Source: Candidatus Omnitrophota bacterium
GTDB lineage: Bacteria > Omnitrophota > Gorgyraeia > 2-01-FULL-45-10
Length of the DNA stretch: 61,647 nucleotides
Assembly (NCBI GenBank): GCA_026387175.1
Contig: JAPLME010000005.1
Span: 1 to 61,647, forward strand
Direction of reading: 5' to 3'
The position numbers and the translations under genes are program-made. The notes beneath the pieces are model-generated. The model was not told where the DNA came from, made no database searches, and saw only the letters and a program-made list of their open reading frames with translations. Positions 60,601-61,647 of the stretch are shown here, one piece after another. Within the stretch, counting starts at the first letter, position 1; each line of letters starts with the position of its first letter.

Positions 60601-61647
60601 ACCCGTTTTGTAGCAGGAGGAAATGGTGCCAATACTCTTGCCTACTCTCCCGATGGCCTTACCTGGACAGGTTTGGGGTCAAGCATATTTTCAACTCTTT
60701 GCCGTAAAATTGCCTGGAACGGTTCCAGGTTTGTCGCTGTGGGGCAAGGTACCAACACCCTTGCCTACTCCTCCGATGGGACGACCTGGGTGGGCTTAGG
60801 CTCAAGCACATTCTCAGCATCGTGTTCTGGTATCGTCTGGAACGGCACTCGCTTTGTAGCCGTAGGCTTAGGTACCAACTCCATTGCCTACTCCTCCGAT
60901 GGCATTACCTGGACAGGCTTAGGCGCAAACATATTTATAAGCGGAGGTTATGGAGTTGCTTGGAACGGCACCCGTTTCATAGCAGGAGGCTACGGTACTA
61001 ATTCTATCGGGTACTCCTCCGATGGCATTACCTGGACAGGAATTACCGCTAAAACCATATTCTCAACAGATGGTTATGCCGGCGCCTCTTGCTCAGCCCC
61101 CAAGCTTGTCCCACCCATCCTGAGCGATGACATAATGATCTCACATGCCCTCACCTTAGGCGGCGGCACACTCACTCGTAACTCTACCGACGTGGTAGCC
61201 TTAACCTTAACTAGCGCCACTCCTGCAGTAACATTGGGAGGCTCCACAATAAGTAATAACGCTATTATAAGATATGCTCCCGTAGCTAGCACAGGTACTA
61301 CCACCATTACCATCCCCGGAGGCTCTTATTCAGGTGCTAAGATAGAAGCATACTCTAAGTTTAATAGCGGATTAGCCTCACCTCAATCTCAAGGAGCCCT
61401 CACATATCAGTTAGGGGGGAGCATCACCTCATTAGCCAATCTAAACATCTATGCTGATGTAGGCCTACCTGCCACCACATTCAGCTTAGTAAATGGCGGT
61501 AATAATTATAACCTCACCTCTTCATCTCTTACACTCGGTAAGGATGAGGTAACTAACGGCACTGTCACATTTAACTCAGGTTCCGGCACAGTAGCTCTAC
61601 CGTCTCTTACAAACCTCGTTCCTTCCACTAATAATAGCGGTTTACAC
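42667..61647 (+). CDS. giant secreted repeat protein, 3'-open (at least 6327 aa in the window)
   Basis: Frame 1 has no stop from ATG 42667 to the last base, 18981 nt = 6327 codons. I checked triplets by hand to ~49.75 kb. Beyond that, the ORF track lists no frame-1 ORF, which it would if a stop existed. Signal peptide MKTMTGKTIRVIVALTMVLQPLMSESAYA-Q. G/T/N/S-rich beta-helix-like sequence, Asp-box propellers, CBM-like domains. Confidence 0.9.
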   Translation, partial: MKTMTGKTIRVIVALTMVLQPLMSESAYAQFAGGSGAGWGTAVTSSSTTLSSVTADTNVKLIRASQTVTYVQRLSGGNSLITLSAAFPNNNLKVGQKIVVNVTTNTSFNGTFTITWVASDYCSFKYYQPLGTVASTADTGTVGGHYSSLIGWEAAGGNTTAECYNDWASGLSENLTISGNSATSTSYMKITVPLSERNTGSTGTGFKLAGTLTVGDSYAAIEDIEVTGVATVSSGMTLNTNGNILFTGGLTIEGTATLNAGNSNMVFSSGDISLFGMLNAQGSMITFNGSTVALSNSVFTPGQATIAFSGTSSWTPGTVTYKTVEFGSGTTTITGTATVANKVVLATGSSGAVNGGAITLTGDLVCTSGTGGTTAITLNSTAQPQSISGGGAATLPQTININKSGQTTTVSGAIGLQNVNIQAGTVEFAGGYNYTIGAGKTIALSDTPSAILKFTGTSASRKVTLRSSSPGTAWNLTNPASAVVTPVLTDVQDSVASRASVDATNAGNINSSRNTNWLFDAAGIVYWTNGSGDGKWSTAANWSTGAVPISTDSVIFNNTSTTNCAVDQTVTIANLTLSAGYSPGTVTLSPTAGQDLTVTNTIALNANGGKLTDNGRNVNFVNSTIANDTPINNLFSTGNWKQTASGTISGPSGNSMFNSLEIAAGVISNFSAGGCFIKKSLTLRSNSSIVGADILLYGSGLINDCIVMETGSTIPSSSTIEIYAAGADLTQGALSIGGNLRLDYINNHSVAMTGDWNIGGNLEIFGYSPSGSTATLDTNSHNLTVGGYLQVGNSNPSYANGMLGKILFKGGTHTISGNIYVGGGSTSSTCNTHGYIDFGSSTVNVVGNIDFRCASVTPGTSTVNLTGTGTTNIYSIVDYTYKDATLDNPVLNTAPLYKLTSSVAGKTISFEAGKTVTIANNLSLAGTGTGANLLTLNSTTAGTAANLNVSGTATGMNYLSVKDSNASSGKGIIAINSTNVSNNTNWIFGMTGFNYWTNTSGDGLWSTAANWSTGVVPISVDNVVFNTVSSSNCSFDTGVTNTTVGSLTLGAGYIGTLTLAKSITIGGLLVVTQGTFDAATYNVTAAGLLSTGALARTLNLGTGSTWTISGNWGSSGGNITVNPGTSTVTLTGDGTVKACPSVTTFYNLSAAASGKTTTIARDPSKNIWVAGGQSTNTLAYSSDGITWTGLGKSIFSYWGNAVAWNGTCWVAGGYSGGTGTTLAYSSDGINWTGLGASLLNNWCNSITWNGTRFVATGNGANTLAYSSDGINWNAVSNSLTNIFSTQGMCSAWNGTRFVAGGAGTNTLAYSSDGITWTGLGTSIFSSYGCRGVAWNGTRFVAVGDGPDTIAYSSNGITWTPASNSISIFSTRGRGIAWNGTRFVAVGEGTNSIAYSSDGITWTGLGISIINSYGQSVAWNGTRWVAGGNGSGNPGIAYSSDGITWTAVAGSQSIVEIFCGIAFSSAPKLVPPILSDDIKVSNALTLGGGTLTRNGTDVVALTLTSATPTVTLGGSTISNNAIIRYAPVASTGTTTVTIPGGAYSGARVEAYTKLNGSVTQPQGAVTYQLGGSITSLANLNIYADVGLPATTFSLVNGANNYNLTSSSLTLGKDEVTNGSVTFNSGSGTVALASLTNLVPSTNNSGLHTLNLNTSTWNVAGDWDTSGNNIILNPNTSTVNLTDNGTLKTNPSTTSFYNLSCAASGKTTTVARDPSKNMWVAVGNGTNSIAYSSDGIAWVGLGSSIFSTYGYGVCWNGSKFVAVGQGANSLAYSSDGITWTGLGSSIFSAYGRGVCWNGSKFVAVGGGTNSFAYSSDGIIWTGLGNSIFGSSGFGVAWSGIRFVAVGYANNTLAYSSDGITWTGLGTGIFSTQSYGVCWNGSKFVAGGYGTNSLAYSSDGITWTGQGDIALSYKDHGFAWNGSKFVVVGIGNTQIGYSNDNGASWIGSGGGIFSSSGAAAAWNGTRFITVGNGTNSIAYSTDGVTWTGLGTSIFSGGGLGVCSIPAPKLTPPVLSDDIPVLNTLTLGGGTLTRNGTDQVALTLRKDNTGTPLILGGSTISNNAIIRFAPVADPSAAKHVTIPGGDYGTAQIEAYVQTNSGVAQPQGLIDYQLGGSITGASSLNVYADSNLSTTFGLNIYDLYSVTPGYVYIGKDCARGPVTFNSGTGALTLAATPLSSIVADNAGSHTLNMNSSTWNISGDWRPEGLTSDTSSSLSVVPGTSTLNITGTGTTNIYGSKTATPSTPLYNLYTPTGGLANKTIKVNAGSTLQIAGTLKLQGQSSGSLLYFQSTTAGTPANLNVTGSSVNMQYLNVTDSNASGGKPILAYSSTIDTYSLNHNWVSGTLGNVYWTNASGDGKWSTAANWSTGAVPVSTDSVVFNAASVANCSVDAGVTSSIALANLTLDNGYAGTVTLSSTSGVDLTVTNSIAINTNGGKLNDNGRTVNFKNASIANEANRLTSSGNWKMTASGNFASAYNVQFYSLELASGVTATLTDTVCLRRLILGNNSTLTGNYTLSIAGATSNNFITQGTGATINSTIGIWLYADVSQGALITTGQVMIANTVNHTLTMTDNWNIGGNLQISGQNYAGAAATLDTNGHNLTVGSYLQLGYNGSSGNQYLGKILFRTGTHSINGNIYVGGSNTHGYISMGSSPSGAGGAYYGDFTATNAFAWVSGADLSLYVGTDGGNTPYYIEFTDNAGKKAKGYLGSGGTGEALGSEILTNGTALVDSNSDGLADSVATLSNGGGSGTFSIVTGNGFPGNAQRESQTSTSGGYGFQIQPTSVPGRLLKTSFKYRASNSINWEFADGGYYPSNPPANTGNAVDWFLYRTEKSWRFGFYNYGTSGSWFEIGNMSVKQAVEPAGPSSGGLHIVSANGGATRAWTNIDSGFNYNNISSYKIYSSADNSLAPNASATVNLAGDLDLRYCSFAPAGTINFTGAGTSKLYGILDYAYKDTSMDTIVLNKIPLYNLTSTAVGKTIQVEAGKTLQVAGNMTLQGVSGNFINFQSTTAGTAGNLTMLGNATSMQYLNVKDSNASSGKSVITLGSTNAGNNTNWIFGVAGNNYWLNASGDGKWSTAGNWSTGAVPISTDSVIFNTASVSNCSVDQAATVANFTLDTGYTGTVTLSATSGQNLTVSGTITLNSGKLIDNGRTVNFVNFNIANIAGLLTSTGTWVETNSGTCSNPASYSNYMSVLQIADNKTCTFTSDCRVSNQFILGSSSAIIVNGGFYINPSMNNPIVQGTGAAITVNNLLFENSAFTQGAMNITGDISVRTSISPVIMTGNWSTTGNLNLSPTTFGDTNGTTVLDTNGYNLTVGGNIKLGSSNVSYPGKLSGKILFRTGTHTISGKIYTDNASGTSYTHGYISMGSSPSGAGGAYYGDFTATNAFAWVSGADLSAYAGTDSGSTSYYVIFTDSAGKTAKGYIAGSGSGETYGSELISNTTFESGITGWSGQGANISWNTTTPITGSGSLQTSNTAYGGGACLPVNTTVGSFYRATGSVRKDSGSTRNLRFGFGGPSHNYSPQPIIVPSAPAGYSGTFTTYGTVITNYNTLIIVNDESIDTVCDWDDLSCKQLTEPQPSFSGGLHIVSANNGTTRSWASVDSGFDYNNISSYKIYNSTTNTLAPDASATINLAGDLDLRYCSFAPAGIINITGTGTSKLYGILDYTYKDTSIDTPVVNKIPLYNFTSTVAGKTLQVEAGKTLQIAGNMTLQGASGNLLNFQSTTAGTAGNLTVLGGATNMQYLSVKDSNASSGKAVVAYNSTNVSNNTNWIFGVTGNNYWLNTSGDGKWSTAANWSTGSVPASIDSVYFNAASTSNCSVDSGVTQTITIANLTLDTGYTGTVTLSATSGVDLIVNNSVTINTNGGKLVDNGRAVNFKNVSIPNEANRLVSTGNWKMTASGSLANLYGGNPFNSLELAAGVNASLSSGGMHLTRYLNMGSNSTFSNGSICIFCPTVDNFLIYSAGATIPVLWIFLASSRSQGSLPSGGCVIVCGPDGGGNYTLTMTSDWSIGGYLKIYGGGGPGSTVTLDTNSHNLTVPGNLWLGQSNSSYPNYYLGKILFRNGTHTINGKIYCDGQYTHGYINMGSSPYGAGGTYLGDFTTGTAFAWLFGADLSTYAGTDSDSTPYYIILTDSAGKTAKGYIAAGGTGEALGTELITASDDRTFASDTGYWSHSPGVVSIADGVCHFSNSMNNGISHAQFAVMTKNKLYKSLLTISNYSQGGAYAASWADGAGVSHTFRSNGNKSGYYVGGSYFGFIAAVSGATTLDIDDISLKQVTEPAASSSGGLHIVSASNGATRNWANIDSGFDPNNILYYKIYNSATNALAPDASATVNLGGDLDLRYCSLAPAGTINFTGAGANVLYGILDYAYNDASDLTTTLPFYNLTSTVAGKTIQVEAGKTLKVAGNMTLQGASGNLLNFQSTTAGTAGNLTVLGGATNMQYLSVKDSNASSGKGVATLSSTNVSNNTNWIFGVAGNSYWTNASGDGKWSTAANWSTGSVPTSTSNVYFNTASTSNCSVDSGVTQTITIANLTLDTGYTGTVTLSATSGVDLTVTNSVTINTNGGKLVDNGRTVSFTNVSIVYEDYRLTSTGNWKMTASGNVTNAHWRNIFKSLELASGVTATMTSGMQLARRLILGNNSTLSSSSGGSVCLYPDVDNFITQGTGATITSFLWIQIQSNKSQGTLTTAGDVSFSETDNYTLTMTGNWNLGGCLYIQGRALSGSTATLDTNGYNLTVSTYLRVGNSDVSSPNSYLGKILFKNGTHTIGGKIYSGGQYTHGWISMGATSSGATTHNSYPYLGDFSATGAFAYLPGVDLSPYVGTDSGSTPYYIIFTDNAGKTAKGYLAAGGTGEALGSDAVVNGNMELDSNWINQSTPTTNERSSTYNHTSGGTYSRHVVGTSNSQGIQEVIASALTIGKLYNYNLWVYPVTGNYFGGYLSGNNGCSLIMPSAALNSWNNFSVYGTCTNTTLAPLIYTGIAGPSEFYVDDVSVKQVTEPKLAYDGGVHIVSSANGATRAWTSVDSGFNYSRISSYKIYNSGTNALAPNYSATVNLGGDLDLRYCSISPAVGTINFTGTGTTTSSLYAVSSYAYMDMVLDNPNVYYTIPLYNLTANYATAGYGKTLKVEAGKTLSIAGNMTLQGASGSLMNFQSTTAGTAGSLNVLGTATNMQYLNVKDSDASSGKKVVTTGSSDSGNNLNWVFGTAGTVYWTNASGDGLWSTAANWSTGAVPQATDSVVFNTASTSNCSVDAGVTSSITLANLTLDTGYTGTLTLSATSGVDLTVTNSVIINTNGGMFNDNGRTVNFKNVSIAYDASHLTSTGNWKMTADGNISNSYNAAGVYTSFKNLELASGVKANLTYFVNTKGLIMRNNSQANSTGGYTLYFPSVTNNDFISQETGATISVPISIGPISTSLSQKALTTNGNVSVIYFAGTLTMTDNWSILGNLTFYGSSNASPAILDTNGHNLSVGSYLKLGWNRNSSYANDYLGKVLFGTGTHTIGGNIYVDGGSSPSTCYTHGYLDFGSATVNVGGDLDFRCASVTPGTSNVILTGATAANIYSIVDYTYKDATLDNPVLNTAPLYKLTSSVAGKTVSFEAGKTVTIANNLSLAGTGTGSNLLTLNSTTAGTAANLNVASGATVTGMNYLSVKDSDASSGKGVVANNSTNVSNNTNWFFGAAGSNYWINISGDGKWSTAANWSTGSVPTTADNVILNSISTTNCSFDTGVTNTTVASLTLDTGYTGTLTLAKGITVTGALTVTQGTFDVATFNVSAASFTSTGILARTLNLGTGTWTISGNWDSSGGNITVNPGTSTVTLTGDGTVKACPSVTTFYNLSAAASGKTTTIARDPSKNTWVGIGYGTNALAYSSDGINWTGLGTSIFSNGGMAAAWNGTRFVAVGQGQATTSIAYSFDGITWNAVPNSRQILDYGCDVAWNGTRWVAAGATGSSINGSIAYSPDGITWTGLGTNVFPDRAWAVCWNGTRFVAGGNGANTLAYSPDGLTWTGLGSSIFSTLCRKIAWNGSRFVAVGQGTNTLAYSSDGTTWVGLGSSTFSASCSGIVWNGTRFVAVGLGTNSIAYSSDGITWTGLGANIFISGGYGVAWNGTRFIAGGYGTNSIGYSSDGITWTGITAKTIFSTDGYAGASCSAPKLVPPILSDDIMISHALTLGGGTLTRNSTDVVALTLTSATPAVTLGGSTISNNAIIRYAPVASTGTTTITIPGGSYSGAKIEAYSKFNSGLASPQSQGALTYQLGGSITSLANLNIYADVGLPATTFSLVNGGNNYNLTSSSLTLGKDEVTNGTVTFNSGSGTVALPSLTNLVPSTNNSGLH
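44239..47603 (+). repeat. super-repeat, first occurrence of the segment seen again 14.04 kb downstream
   Basis: Colinear nucleotide similarity with 58279-61647; for example 45361-45420 versus 59401-59466 is nearly identical. Landmark W codons at 44245/58285 and 45652/59704. Confidence 0.85.
46141..47080 (+). repeat. seven-bladed Asp-box (BNR-like) beta-propeller, copy 1
   Basis: Seven ~42-aa units of the form LAYSSDGITWTGLG.SIFS..G..VAWNGTRFVAVG.GTN; SxDxGxTW is the Asp-box. Confidence 0.8.
47788..48693 (+). repeat. seven-bladed Asp-box beta-propeller, copy 2
   Basis: Seven units (AYSSDGI.WTGLG...CWNGSKFVAVG). The sixth blade is degenerate (GYSNDNGASWIGSG). Confidence 0.8.
49699..58278 (+). 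repeat. four tandem ~2.1-kb (~715-aa) modules inside the giant ORF
   Basis: Module heads (YW.N.SGDGKWSTA.NWSTG) have their W codons at 49705, 51850, 53998, 56098, and the next at 58285. Periods are 2145, 2148, 2100 and 2187 nt. Confidence 0.9.
58279..61647 (+). repeat. super-repeat, second occurrence (cut by the window end)
   Basis: See 44239-47603. The last bases AATAATAGCGGTTTACAC match 47586-47603, offset 14044. Confidence 0.85.
60190..61117 (+). repeat. seven-bladed Asp-box beta-propeller, copy 3 (paralogous to copy 1)
   Basis: Seven AYS.DG.TW units, followed by the same APKLVPPILSDD linker as copy 1. Confidence 0.8.

Noticed and set aside
43317-61313. Many 60-207-aa minus-strand and frame-2 ORFs across 43-61 kb (e.g. 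43317..43940, 44241..44723, 48465..48896, 52631..53053)
   Set aside because: All lie inside the uninterrupted frame-1 giant ORF. They repeat with the same periodicity as the sense repeats and have proline/valine-rich nonsense-like composition. They are by-products of the biased codon usage of the giant gene.

Overview
The window looks like a contig end from an uncultivated bacterium. The giant gene and its neighbours resemble published Omnitrophota/PVC-type genomes, but that assignment is inference only.

**1-24 kb: + strand housekeeping genes, tightly packed.**
- Sulfur/Fe-S block: Rrf2 regulator, cysK, DUF39 homocysteine enzyme, permease, ccdA, TlpA-like thioredoxin, Nfu, nifS, nifU.
- rny-ymdB and xseA-xseB-ispA-dxs.
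- A four-subunit 2-oxoacid:ferredoxin oxidoreductase, then gltX and glnS.
- A partial minus-strand ORF runs off the left edge and is missing from the ORF track.

**24-31 kb: accessory patch.**
- Four tRNAs: Gln-CTG, Leu-GAG, Glu-CTC, Ser-GCT.
- tRNA-Gln and tRNA-Leu are each followed by a related ~145-nt structured element. Each element ends in a direct repeat of its own tRNA's 3' end.
- A small nucleotidyltransferase-fold cassette and a 1387-aa orphan membrane protein.
- A REP-associated tyrosine transposase (RAYT) bracketed by perfect inverted copies of a ~30-nt repeat. That repeat is also dispersed at 14.1, 23.8 (in frame inside glnS) and 40.9 kb.

**31-42.5 kb: secretin-centred envelope locus.**
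- MerR-like regulator, ExeA-like ATPase, GspC/PilP-like protein, secretin, coiled-coil TPR protein.
- A histidine kinase/OmpR-type regulator pair, a DUF2341/LamG secreted protein and a secreted FGE-sulfatase-domain protein.

**42.7 kb to the window end: one giant ORF, also missing from the ORF track.**
- The reading frame is open for at least 6327 codons.
- It encodes a signal-peptide-bearing giant protein built from a ~14-kb super-repeat.
- The super-repeat contains seven-bladed Asp-box propellers and four ~2.1-kb tandem modules.
- The module flanks are conserved, and in places nearly identical, but each module carries a different CBM-like jelly-roll cassette.

The giant gene with its upstream secretin/two-component locus, and the tRNA-3'-end-linked elements, are the most interesting signals. 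All function calls rest on motif recognition by eye; no database search was possible.
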